A stretch of DNA of 64,000 nt, from contig CAWHVC010000002.1 of the NCBI GenBank assembly GCA_963832745.1, forward strand, positions 288,001-352,000. The letters are read 5' to 3'. This document shows positions 20,429 through 29,890 of this stretch, piece after piece (the first letter of the stretch is position 1; every line of letters starts with the position of its first letter). Source of the DNA: Candidatus Bathyarchaeota archaeon (GTDB lineage: Archaea; Thermoproteota; Bathyarchaeia; Bathyarchaeales; Bathycorpusculaceae). The translations under genes and the position numbers were made by a program. The notes beneath the pieces are model-generated. The model was not told where the DNA came from, ran no database searches, and saw nothing but the letters and a program-made list of their open reading frames with translations.

Positions 20429-23400
20429 GTGGACTCATTGGCACAACTAAACTCTTCTCCATCAATGCGCCGTGTTGAAGATTGGAAATCACGGTTAATC
20501 GATTTAACCCGCAGAAACAACCTGCTTTACTTCCACGCAACCAGACGCGGAAACCTTCCAATAAACAAACCCGACGCAGAAACCATATTCAAAGAGTTGG
20601 TTATAAAGAAAAAGCATCTCGAGTTCTGGATGCCGCCCGAAGAGGACGAAACTCAAACTGATGTGTCAATTAAATCTGTGCCTATTGAAGAACCCAAAAA
20701 GCCCGGACCAAACCAACTTGTCAATGAAAACCTCAAACGCATCGACCTTGAACGGGTCCTAAAAAATCTTCAAAGACGCTCACTGCTCGACTACCGTGAA
20801 CGTGGTGTAAGGATTCTTTACGCCGCTTTTGGTAGGCTGAACTGGGTGGACAGCGAAACCAAAGAAAACGTGCATTCCCCGCTGGTTTTGGTCCCGTTGG
20901 AGCTGGCAAGGGAAACAATCCGCAAACCTTTCGAGGTTTATTTGCCGCCAGTTGAAGACGAAGCCATTGTAAATCCTGCATTGCAGGTAAAGCTGAAGGC
21001 AGAGTTCAAAATTGATTTGCCTGTTGCCCCAGAAGATTGGGAAACAGAAACCCTTGCAGAGTACTTTACCGCTGTAGCTCAGGCAGTTGCCCAGATGGGT
21101 TGGACAGTTGAGTCCACGATAGATTTAGGTTTATTCTCCTTCCATAAACTTGTCATTTACAAGGATCTTGAGTCCAACGCTGACTTGGTTACCCAGCACC
21201 CAATTATCCGTGCAATTGTGGGCATTAAAGACGAAAAGCTTGTGCTTGACCAGCTTCCAGACGAAAAAGACGTTGATAAAATCCAGTTGCCCGAGAAAAC
21301 CTACGAAGTCCTAGATGCAGACAGCAGCCAACGCGTTAGCATAGAATACGCGCTCCGTGGTCAAAGCTTTGTCATGCAGGGACCACCTGGTACTGGAAAA
21401 AGTCAAACCATCGCAAATATTATTGCCGAATGCATAGCACATGGGAAAAGTGTGCTTTTTGTAAGTGATAAAATGGCTGCTCTTGAAGTTGTCTATAAAC
21501 GGCTTAGTGAGGTTGGGTTGGCTCATTTCTGTTTGGAACTTCACAGCAGCAAAGCTAACAAGCAAGAAGTTGTCGCTGAGCTTAAACGTAGTCTTGATGA
21601 GCATCTTGTGCCACGTAAGTTGCCTTCAGCGCACGAGTTTGAAACAATGAAAGCTTATCGTGACAACTTAAACGGTTACGTCGCAGCTTTGCATGAAAAG
21701 CGTCCGTACCTGCAAAAAAGTGCCTATGAAGCCCTTAGTATAATCGCCAGCCTTGAACGGGTTCCCTACGTTGCAGTTGGCTTAACAGGTTTAAACACTT
21801 TAACGCCTCAAAAAATAAGCGAACTCGAAGGATTAAGCTCTGAGTTAAGCAAGGTTTGGCACGTGGTTGAAGAATCAGATTTCCCATGGGCAGGCTACCG
21901 CGCCAGCATCTACAACCTTGAAGTGCGCTCCGAACTGTTAACCACTATTGAAGTCCTCGCACAAACCGTTGAAGACCTTCAACTGGAAAGCGCAAACTTT
22001 TCTGGGCGACTCGGATTAAGAACCCCTGCAAGCCTTGAACGCGTAAAATGGTTAATCAGCATCGGAAGACTGCTTTACGAAAGCCCTAAACCTGAAGCAC
22101 AATGGGTAACCAGCCCAAAAGTAGACACCCTGATAGCTGAAGCCAAAGGCTACAATGAAACTTGCCAATGGATAAAAACTACAAGAAAAAGTCTCCTTGA
22201 ACGCTATACTTCTTCACTGTTTGACCTCGCCTTTGACCGGTCACATGAGCTAAAGAAGAACTTGATTATTCTTGAAAAACTGTTTCCAGGCGTAGACTTG
22301 CAAGAAGCCGAATTCTTAGCTAAACAGGAGAAACTCTTAGCTTACATCCGAAGCACACAGCAAGCTGCTAAAAAATGGCGTGAAAACGCTCGGTCGCTTG
22401 CAGAAATTTGTGGTTTGCCAACTGAAAACTTGAACCTGCAGAATGCTCGGCAATTATCCAAGATGGCTTTGTTCTGCTTTACCGAAGACAAGCCGGAGCC
22501 GCAATGGTTTGATCCAGCTGTTTTCCAGCAAGTACAAAATATTGTTTCAAAAGCAAAAGACGCTTACCAGCAATATAATCTGATGCGGGAACGTTTAAGC
22601 AAATCTTATACTTCAGGCATTTACGAGTTGGACCTTGATGAACTTATAACCCGCTACAACGGCAGCTATCAAGGCTTTACAAGAATGCTTAGTCCAAGCT
22701 TTCGAGGTGATCAAAAACAGATTGCCAGAGTCAGTGTTGATGGAAGAGTTCCCAAAACGATTCTGGGTGACTTAATCGATGCTCGTAAAGTTAAAGCGCT
22801 TCATACAGAGATTGATGCTCAGGCGGAGGACGTCAAAAAACTGTTAGGCCGTTTCTACCAAGGATACAATACAGATTTTCTAAGTGTAGAAAAAGCCGTC
22901 AACATGCTGAATGAGCTTAAACAGGTTAAATGGGCAAACCCGCTTCCAGAAAGTTTGGTCAAACTTGTTACGAGCACTTCCAGTCCTTCACCTATGATTA
23001 AACATTTAGGCAGTGAACTGGACGATTCAATAGTTAAATGGGAACAACAAGCCAAAGAAATAGCTGAATTAATTCCCGAACGTTTGCCTTACTCGGATTT
23101 GCCGTTAAACCAGACTGCACTGTCACCGCTTGAAGAATGGGCAGCCGACGTTGAAAAACAACTTGCGCCATTAAACATACTGACAAAAGAAACTCTATCA
23201 ACCGCCAAAACATCACCGAAAAACTATAACCAACTTCTTGAAGACCTAGCTAACGCTGAAGAAGTTCGTAGAAAAGAGGCGGCAATAACCGGCGAGAAAT
23301 TCCAGCTCCAAATCAAGTACGGTTCTCGTTTCAATTTGCTTGAAACGAACTGGCTAGACATAATCTCCGTGTTGGAATGGGTAAAACGTGTTCAGGCAGC

Positions 23401-26044
23401 TTTCGGTGAAGTTGCAGTTCCAGAAACTTTTGCGTTAATTGCGGCTGCTGGGCCCTCTAAAGCGCCCTCTGATGCCAAGTTGGCTCGTTATTATGAAGAT
23501 ACTTTACAGTCAATATCTATTTTTGAAGCACGATTTGAAACTGAACTCAAATATCAAAATCAGAAACTCCGCAACTTAGACCTCTTGGTGATTTATGAGC
23601 GTCTCAAGGCTTTGCGTGAAAGAGTTGATGAACTGCAGGTTTGGATTGACTTCAAAGACCTTAGGAACCGTTTCTCTCTTCGTGGTTTAAGTGAATTCTT
23701 CCAACGGCTGGTTGAGCAGAAGACGCCATCTCGCCAGTTGATTGATGTTTTCCGTAGAGGCACTTATCAGGAATGGATAAACAATCTTTACAATGAAGAC
23801 CCCCGATTGGGCAGGTTCCGCAGGGAAAACCATGAACAATTAATAGTTGACTTTAAGAAGCTTGACAAAGAACTTATACATTTAACCTCAAGTATGGTTA
23901 TTGAAGCCGCAAACAGCCGCAAACCGCAAGACATCCTAATCCAAGCTAACGACTCCGAAGCAGCAATCCTCATGAAGGAAGCCGCCAAAAAACGCCGCTT
24001 AATGCCCATACGCACACTTCTACAGAAAATCCCACACCTGCTCGTCAAATTAAAACCGTGTTTGCTCATGAGTCCCATCAGCGTTAGCCAGTTCCTTTCG
24101 CCTGAAACAGCCCAGTTTGACCTTGTCCTGTTCGATGAGGCTTCTCAAATTGTTCCTGAAGACGCTATCGGCTCAATTTACCGAGGTAAAACACTCGTTG
24201 TCGCAGGAGATAACAAGCAGTTGCCGCCGACCAGTTTCTTCCAAAAATCCCTCATAGATAATCTTGACTGGGACCAAATAAACGATGAAGACTTTGAAGT
24301 TTTTGACAGCATACTTGATGAATGTCTTGGCATAGGTTTACCTGTCAAAACCTTAAGGTGGCACTACCGCAGTAAACATGAGGATTTAATCGCGTTCTCT
24401 AACCACCAGTTTTACGATGACACGCTCATTACTTTTCCAGCAGCAAAAGCCCGACATGACAGTTTAGGTGTTAAAATGGTTTATGTGCCAGACGGCATCT
24501 ACGATAGAGGCGCAAAACGGGACAACACGATAGAGGCTGAAAAAGTCGCAACTTTGGTCTTTGAACACTTCACTAATTACCCAAAGAAAACCCTTGGAGT
24601 CGTTACTTTTAGCATTGCTCAGATGGAAGCAATAGAAGAAGCAATCGACCGCCGCCTAAAAGAGCAACCACAGTTTGACCAATTCTTTAAAGAAGACCGT
24701 CTTGAAGGCTTCTTTGTTAAGAACCTTGAAAACGTTCAGGGTGACGAGCGTGATGTTATCTTCTTCAGTGTCGGTTACGGTTACGACCAAAACGGGCAAA
24801 TGGCTATGAATTTTGGTCCATTAAACAAGCCTGGAGGCGAACGCCGCTTAAATGTTGCTGTAACTCGTGCCCGTGAAAAAGTTGTTATTGTTACATCCAT
24901 TAAATCTGTGGATATTGACCCCGAAGCAAAAGCTCAAGGTGTCCAAACTCTACGCAGCTATCTGGAGTATGCTGAGAAAGGTCCTGAAATTCTTGATACG
25001 CCCCATCAGAAAGCTGGCACATACGAGTCACCGTTAGATGAAGATGTTGGTTCTGAAATTCAAAAGTTGGGTTATGAGGTTATTCCGCAGGTGGGTTGTA
25101 GCGGCTACAAGATTGACATTGGTGTTATTGACCCTGTTAACCCTGGTTCCTACTTGCTGGGTGTCGAATGTGATGGAGCAACATATAAGTCAAGTAACAG
25201 TGCCCGTGACCGTGACCGTCTCAGAGAACAAGTCCTCAAAGGCTTAGGCTGGCGAATTCACCGTGTTTGGTCTCCCTCTTGGGTTGCCCGTCGTGATTCT
25301 GAAGTTAAACGCTTAAAAGAAGCTCTTGAACAGGCACAGAAACTGCAACTGGACAAGGAAGTACTTATACCGTCTGTTGACGCAAAAGAGGACGGTCTTG
25401 TGGAAGCTGACGTGCGCAAAGTCAAGTTTGCTGGCATAGAAAAAATCGGTGTCCCCTACAAGATTTACCCATTAAAAGCAGCGTTTAGTCCATACATTAA
25501 AGTGCAGACAGAAAAAGCTACTCACACCTCAAAACAGAAAAACGAGTTCCATTACCCAGAAAACCGCGAAATCCAGACACGCCTTCTCGGCGAACTCATC
25601 GAAAAGGAAGGGCCCATCCATTTTGACTATGCTGTTGAACGCCTCTCTGATGCTTGGGGAATCAAACGTATAACACCAAAAATTAGCCATGCGGTACAAG
25701 AAGCCCTCAATGCCCTACTAAGAGACCAAAAAGTCGTAATCAAAGGCAGCTTCTTATGGCCACCACACCTGAAAGACGTGCAAATCCGCATACCAGTTGA
25801 CGGCATACCTGAAACCAAACGTAAACTTGAGCATATCCCGCCTGAAGAGGTGGAAGCTGCTATGAAGCTTATCGCTCAATATGCGCTTGGTATAAGTGAT
25901 GAATCTTTGGTGGCTGAAACCGCTAAAGTCTTCGGCTTAAACCATTCAACCGATAAGTCTAAAGAGTACTTCAATGAAATTCTAAAACGGCTCGTACGGG
26001 AAAGAAAATTAGCCATTAAAGATGGAGTTATAACTTTGGCTTAA
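20429..26044 (+). CDS. Large DUF4011 - SF1 helicase - Vsr/REase-like nuclease - DUF3320 protein
   Basis: WKSRLIDLTRRNNLL; QGPPGTGKSQT; FDEASQ; GDNKQLPP; VQGDERD; RRLNVAVTRAR; IDIGV...GVECDG...ARDRDRLR...GWRIHRVWS. Confidence 0.9.
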   Translation: MDSLAQLNSSPSMRRVEDWKSRLIDLTRRNNLLYFHATRRGNLPINKPDAETIFKELVIKKKHLEFWMPPEEDETQTDVSIKSVPIEEPKKPGPNQLVNENLKRIDLERVLKNLQRRSLLDYRERGVRILYAAFGRLNWVDSETKENVHSPLVLVPLELARETIRKPFEVYLPPVEDEAIVNPALQVKLKAEFKIDLPVAPEDWETETLAEYFTAVAQAVAQMGWTVESTIDLGLFSFHKLVIYKDLESNADLVTQHPIIRAIVGIKDEKLVLDQLPDEKDVDKIQLPEKTYEVLDADSSQRVSIEYALRGQSFVMQGPPGTGKSQTIANIIAECIAHGKSVLFVSDKMAALEVVYKRLSEVGLAHFCLELHSSKANKQEVVAELKRSLDEHLVPRKLPSAHEFETMKAYRDNLNGYVAALHEKRPYLQKSAYEALSIIASLERVPYVAVGLTGLNTLTPQKISELEGLSSELSKVWHVVEESDFPWAGYRASIYNLEVRSELLTTIEVLAQTVEDLQLESANFSGRLGLRTPASLERVKWLISIGRLLYESPKPEAQWVTSPKVDTLIAEAKGYNETCQWIKTTRKSLLERYTSSLFDLAFDRSHELKKNLIILEKLFPGVDLQEAEFLAKQEKLLAYIRSTQQAAKKWRENARSLAEICGLPTENLNLQNARQLSKMALFCFTEDKPEPQWFDPAVFQQVQNIVSKAKDAYQQYNLMRERLSKSYTSGIYELDLDELITRYNGSYQGFTRMLSPSFRGDQKQIARVSVDGRVPKTILGDLIDARKVKALHTEIDAQAEDVKKLLGRFYQGYNTDFLSVEKAVNMLNELKQVKWANPLPESLVKLVTSTSSPSPMIKHLGSELDDSIVKWEQQAKEIAELIPERLPYSDLPLNQTALSPLEEWAADVEKQLAPLNILTKETLSTAKTSPKNYNQLLEDLANAEEVRRKEAAITGEKFQLQIKYGSRFNLLETNWLDIISVLEWVKRVQAAFGEVAVPETFALIAAAGPSKAPSDAKLARYYEDTLQSISIFEARFETELKYQNQKLRNLDLLVIYERLKALRERVDELQVWIDFKDLRNRFSLRGLSEFFQRLVEQKTPSRQLIDVFRRGTYQEWINNLYNEDPRLGRFRRENHEQLIVDFKKLDKELIHLTSSMVIEAANSRKPQDILIQANDSEAAILMKEAAKKRRLMPIRTLLQKIPHLLVKLKPCLLMSPISVSQFLSPETAQFDLVLFDEASQIVPEDAIGSIYRGKTLVVAGDNKQLPPTSFFQKSLIDNLDWDQINDEDFEVFDSILDECLGIGLPVKTLRWHYRSKHEDLIAFSNHQFYDDTLITFPAAKARHDSLGVKMVYVPDGIYDRGAKRDNTIEAEKVATLVFEHFTNYPKKTLGVVTFSIAQMEAIEEAIDRRLKEQPQFDQFFKEDRLEGFFVKNLENVQGDERDVIFFSVGYGYDQNGQMAMNFGPLNKPGGERRLNVAVTRAREKVVIVTSIKSVDIDPEAKAQGVQTLRSYLEYAEKGPEILDTPHQKAGTYESPLDEDVGSEIQKLGYEVIPQVGCSGYKIDIGVIDPVNPGSYLLGVECDGATYKSSNSARDRDRLREQVLKGLGWRIHRVWSPSWVARRDSEVKRLKEALEQAQKLQLDKEVLIPSVDAKEDGLVEADVRKVKFAGIEKIGVPYKIYPLKAAFSPYIKVQTEKATHTSKQKNEFHYPENREIQTRLLGELIEKEGPIHFDYAVERLSDAWGIKRITPKISHAVQEALNALLRDQKVVIKGSFLWPPHLKDVQIRIPVDGIPETKRKLEHIPPEEVEAAMKLIAQYALGISDESLVAETAKVFGLNHSTDKSKEYFNEILKRLVRERKLAIKDGVITLA

Positions 26045-26730
26045 TTTTCTTTTTCTTTATTTATTTTTTGTACAAGTAATGGTAAATCAGAAATTGCTGT
26101 TATGATATAGTTGGCTCCGTTGCGTGTTAACTGTTCCATTTTTGCAGTGCCTGTGGGGATGCCGATTGCGACTGCTTTGATTTCTTTGGCGCTTTGCATG
26201 TCAACAATGCTGTCACCAACAACCAATGTAGCTTTCGGATCTGTTTGTAATGCTTTTAGGACGGCTTCAAAATGTTCCGGGTTAGGTTTGACACGTTTAA
26301 CATTATCTCTTGGGACTACTGCGTCAAAGAAGCCTGCGATTTGGAACCTCTGTAAAATGTTGCTGGTAGCTTTTTGACTGTTTATCGTGCATAATCCTAG
26401 TCGTACATTCATCTGCTTCAACGTTTTCAATGCGTCATATGCACCGGGCATTAAGCTGGTGCAGGCTGCGGCTTCAACCTCAAACTTTTCAGCGATAGCT
26501 AACGCTTCTTTCTGGACGTCAATGAAGGCTTCCTCAGTTTTGGCTACATTTTTGAAGAAAATTTCTGCTTTCTGTAACATTTCGAATATGGTTTCGTTAG
26601 TTGACAGGACGGATGTTGGTATGCCTCTTGACCGTAGGTAGTTTCTTACCTCTACACGGAGAGTTTTGTAGTCAAGGTTAAAACTGGCTAATGTTCCGTC
26701 TAAATCAAATATGACTGCTTCAATGGTCAT
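26041..26730 (-). CDS. HAD-family hydrolase (phosphoglycolate phosphatase-like)
   Basis: FDLDGT, KPNP, VGDSIVD. Confidence 0.9.
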   Translation of the reverse strand: MTIEAVIFDLDGTLASFNLDYKTLRVEVRNYLRSRGIPTSVLSTNETIFEMLQKAEIFFKNVAKTEEAFIDVQKEALAIAEKFEVEAAACTSLMPGAYDALKTLKQMNVRLGLCTINSQKATSNILQRFQIAGFFDAVVPRDNVKRVKPNPEHFEAVLKALQTDPKATLVVGDSIVDMQSAKEIKAVAIGIPTGTAKMEQLTRNGANYIITAISDLPLLVQKINKEKEN

Positions 26731-26828
26731 AGCAATGAGGCTCCGTTGCTGGTTTTCCCGGTTTCGGATTAAGAGTTTCTTTAATGAAAATATACTTTGT
26801 GGTCTGTTACATGGAGCGTTATCTGTTA

Positions 26829-26917
26829 TTTTTCAACATATTACTGGCGAGAAAAAATGTCGTTGAAATCTACTCCCTATAGGTTTCTGCATACTGTTTC
26901 TAATAAAAACCAAATAG
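26829..26917 (-). repeat. Dispersed intergenic repeat, copy C (module 1 plus end of module 2)
   Basis: Reverse complement CTATTTGGTTTTTATTAGAAACAGTATGCAGAAACCTATAGGG has 4 mismatches to 5202-5244; ends GCCAGTAATATGTTGAAAA. Confidence 0.8.
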
Positions 26918-26957
26918 GCAGCAAATAGGTTGGCTATGGGCTTCCTAATTGGCTCTC

Positions 26958-27935
26958 TTATTTTGTTACTACAACTTTTAGGGCTTTCTCGTCAGGATTA
27001 TCCACTGTTTGCAGTGCCTTTTCAAACTCGTCAAACTGGAACCTGTGCGTAATCAACCCTTTCACGTCTACTAACCGTCGTGCAATCAATTCTACAGCCG
27101 ACGGATACTCAACAGGCGAAATGTAAATCGTAAAAAACGATACCTCATCAGCATCCTCCAAATTCAAGAAACCCTTAGATTCGCCCACCAAAGCGACTTT
27201 GCCTGTTTTCTTAGCTAAAAACGGCGTCTGCTCTACAGACTGGGTGGTTCCGGCGGCTTCAATCACAAAATCTGAGCCTAACTTGGTAAGTTTGCGTACG
27301 GTTTTGATTACGTTGTCTTTTTTGGCGTTGATTACTGCATCTGCACCGTATTTTTGGCTGAACTCTAAGCGGTAATCCTCTAAATCAACTGCTATAACAC
27401 GGCAACCCTTCATTAAAGCTATTTGCGTCATTAACAAGCCGATTGCGCCTTGACCAAGAATTGTTACCCAATCGCCAAGGTTAGGCTTAAATTTGTTCAA
27501 AACCCTAAGTGCCAAAGCTACAGGTTCCACAACGGCGGCTTCCTCATCAGTCATTCCTGCAGGCACCGAAATTAGACTTCTGGGTAGCATGGCTTTGGAT
27601 TCTGCGAAGAAGCCGTTTCTTGTTAGGCCATAGAATTTGCCGTGAACGCAATAGGTGGGTTTTCCACGTAAGCAGAAGTAGCAGTGTCCACAGTTAACCA
27701 TGGGAACCATAACTACACGTTCACCATTGTCATCGCGAACTCCACAGGCATCGTGACCAATTATTGTGCCGTCCCGCATCCATTTCCACTCACCACGATA
27801 CAAATGCATGTCAGTGCCGCAGATGCTTCCAGCCTTAAAATGCACAAGCACACGTTTTCCTTTAGCTTCAGGTTCAGGAACATCCATGATTTTGATGTTG
27901 TGCGGTCCATTATAGACTGCTGCTTTCAAAAACAA
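26958..27935 (-). CDS. Zn-dependent medium-chain alcohol/polyol dehydrogenase
   Basis: ICGTD, GHD, CGHCYFC...C, GQGAIG. Confidence 0.9.
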   Translation of the reverse strand: MFLKAAVYNGPHNIKIMDVPEPEAKGKRVLVHFKAGSICGTDMHLYRGEWKWMRDGTIIGHDACGVRDDNGERVVMVPMVNCGHCYFCLRGKPTYCVHGKFYGLTRNGFFAESKAMLPRSLISVPAGMTDEEAAVVEPVALALRVLNKFKPNLGDWVTILGQGAIGLLMTQIALMKGCRVIAVDLEDYRLEFSQKYGADAVINAKKDNVIKTVRKLTKLGSDFVIEAAGTTQSVEQTPFLAKKTGKVALVGESKGFLNLEDADEVSFFTIYISPVEYPSAVELIARRLVDVKGLITHRFQFDEFEKALQTVDNPDEKALKVVVTK

Positions 27936-28014
27936 TTAACCTCAAAGAACTAGTTGGGTCAATAATGTGTATTAAGTTTGTTGTGTTTCAAGTTTTGCAG
28001 CAGCATATTAGAGG

Positions 28015-28248
28015 TTGATGGCTACGAATTTAGATGATTATAGTAAAGAGAAAATTTGGCAGTTACTTGTGGAAACAGCTCACGCTTCTGTAATGTATCC
28101 TACCCATAAAGCGTACACACGAGAAAAAGTGCTTCCTGAAAAGCCTGACGTTACGCCTGAAGAACTTGCGCAACGACTAAATATGCCGCTTGGCGAGGCA
28201 CTGGTGATTTTGGACGAATTATCGGCTGATCAGAAAGTTTCAACTTAA
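28015..28248 (+). CDS. Small hypothetical protein, HTH-like C-terminus
   Basis: TPEELAQRLNMPLGEALVIL; GAGGT SD-like site upstream. Confidence 0.65.
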   Translation: MMATNLDDYSKEKIWQLLVETAHASVMYPTHKAYTREKVLPEKPDVTPEELAQRLNMPLGEALVILDELSADQKVST

Positions 28249-28320
28249 AAACTGCATTTGTACTATTTTGAGATATATTTGGTTAACTTTATTTTTGGCG
28301 AGTGCTACCTTCTTAATGAA

Positions 28321-28669
28321 ATGCTTACCGACAAAAAATCTGCGTTTTCCAAGTTTCAGTTCACCTTAACAACAGCATGGTTCTTGATCAAAATGGTGCA
28401 AAAATTCTAGAAACCCTCGACAAAACCCGGTCAATTTGTGAAACAGCAAAAACCCTTAACGTGTCTTACCGTCATGTATGGAATTACGTTCGCCGCATTC
28501 AAAACGTGATAGGTCAACCGGTTGTTGAAACCTTCAAAGGCGGAAAAGACGTGGTGGAGGCGCAAAGTTAACTAAGCGGGGGGGGGGAAAAACTCTTCTA
28601 TTGGAGTATCGCCAAGTTGAGTGGTACCTAAACGCTTTTTTGTATTCTTCAGATATGGAGGTGAAACAA
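28321..28669 (+). pseudogene. ModE-type winged-HTH regulator, frameshifted
   Basis: SICETAKTLNVSYRHVW...VVETFKGGKD, then the expected GGGAKLT continues in another frame (missing base near 28551); G10 tract at 28578-28587; possible second shift near 28350. Confidence 0.7.
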
Positions 28670-28876
28670 GTGAAATTAAGTGCAAGAAACCAATTAAAAG
28701 GAAAAGTAGTCGCTGTTGAAGAAGGCGTGATAACTGCGAAAGTTAAGGTTGAAGTTCAAGTTCCGGTTACAATTACAGCAGTTATTACAAAAGAATCCGT
28801 GGAAGAATTAGCTATAAAAGTAGGCGACGAGGTTGCGGCAATCGTTAAATCCACAGAAATAATGATTGCCAAATAG
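28670..28876 (+). CDS. Mop/TOBE molybdate-binding protein (molbindin-like)
   Basis: KLSARNQLKG...ITAVIT...AIVKST; GGAGGTGA SD before GTG 28670; 68 aa. Confidence 0.85.
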   Translation: MKLSARNQLKGKVVAVEEGVITAKVKVEVQVPVTITAVITKESVEELAIKVGDEVAAIVKSTEIMIAK

Positions 28877-28897
28877 GCAAAAACCTATTTGACTTTT

Positions 28898-29464
28898 TTA
28901 TTCTACAACATAACGGTAAGTAATGTGTTCGCCTGCGGTTGTGCTTCTTCTTGTAATCTTTAGCACATCGCCTGGTTTTGCGCCGATAACTTTGACGGCT
29001 GGGTCACCTGACCTTACTTGTGGCATCTGGTATGGTTTAACTTTGAACTGTGCAAGAAGTTGGTTTTTTTCTTTTTCGCTTAATATTTCATGGAACGGTA
29101 CTAAACCGTGCTCGAAAATGTCAAACACTGGGAATGATTTTGGCAATAGTTCAACATTCTTCTTTTTTGCGCCCAACTTTACTGCGTGAGTGTAGCGTCC
29201 TTCAGTTACGACGATGGCGCGTTCGAGCTCTTTTTCTTTCATGATTTTGTACAGGTTATTCATGGCGGCTATACCGACGGTTGCTTCGCCAAGGATACAC
29301 CAGACAATTGCGCGTTCTTTGTCTTGTGGAATATCAATAATGTAGGCGTAGGCGCCTTCGAAAGGTTCTTTCTCTACAAGCTTGTACTTTCTAAGTTTAA
29401 TGAGAACTTCCGCTTTACGTTCTTCAATTGTTAGGACTTTAGTGCTCAAACCACAAACCCTCAA
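28898..29464 (-). CDS. rpo5: RNA polymerase subunit Rpo5/RpoH with extra N-terminal domain (RPB5-like length)
   Basis: C-terminal HGLVPFHEIL...QMPQVRSGDPAVKVIGAKPGDVLKITRRSTTAGEHITYRYVV. Confidence 0.9.
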   Translation of the reverse strand: MRVCGLSTKVLTIEERKAEVLIKLRKYKLVEKEPFEGAYAYIIDIPQDKERAIVWCILGEATVGIAAMNNLYKIMKEKELERAIVVTEGRYTHAVKLGAKKKNVELLPKSFPVFDIFEHGLVPFHEILSEKEKNQLLAQFKVKPYQMPQVRSGDPAVKVIGAKPGDVLKITRRSTTAGEHITYRYVVE

Positions 29465-29619
29465 GATGAAATACTCGAACCTTAAACAAACATTTCGCCC
29501 TTAAACTTTATGGTTTGTCTAAACAAAGGAAATGATTAAAAAATAAAAAAGGGAAAAATGTGCATGCTTTACGCTCCTTAGAGGAGCAAGATTATAACAA
29601 AATACTTGAATTCTTAGGT

Positions 29620-29790
29620 TTAGCCGATGATTTTTTTCTTCAGCTTACCCATTGATTCTTCGGTTTTACCGCCAGTCTGCTCCATTTTGCCCTTAACTTG
29701 CTTGCCTGTGTCTCCAGTAATTTTGCCTGAGGTTTCATCCATCTTTCCTTTGATTTGCTTTCCTTTACCTTTCAATTCATCTTCGGTCAT
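29620..29790 (-). CDS. CsbD-family stress protein (56 aa; not in ORF track)
   Basis: Manual translation MTEDELKGKGKQIKGKMDETSGKITGDTGKQVKGKMEQTGGKTEESMGKLKKKIIG. Confidence 0.85.
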   Translation of the reverse strand: MTEDELKGKGKQIKGKMDETSGKITGDTGKQVKGKMEQTGGKTEESMGKLKKKIIG

Positions 29791-29890
29791 TTCAAATTCA
29801 CAAAAAAATTGAACTTAAAGGCAATATAGAAGTTTAATGGCGAAAAAGCCCTCCACGTCATGCCCAGCCTTTCTTGAGATTAATCTGACT

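Noticed and set aside
5202-26917. Repeat copies as a CRISPR array or IS ends
   Set aside because: Copies are kilobases apart with no repeat-spacer periodicity, no cas or transposase gene, and no terminal inverted repeats
29627-29812. 61-aa plus-strand ORF
   Set aside because: Antisense to a clear CsbD-family gene at 29620-29790
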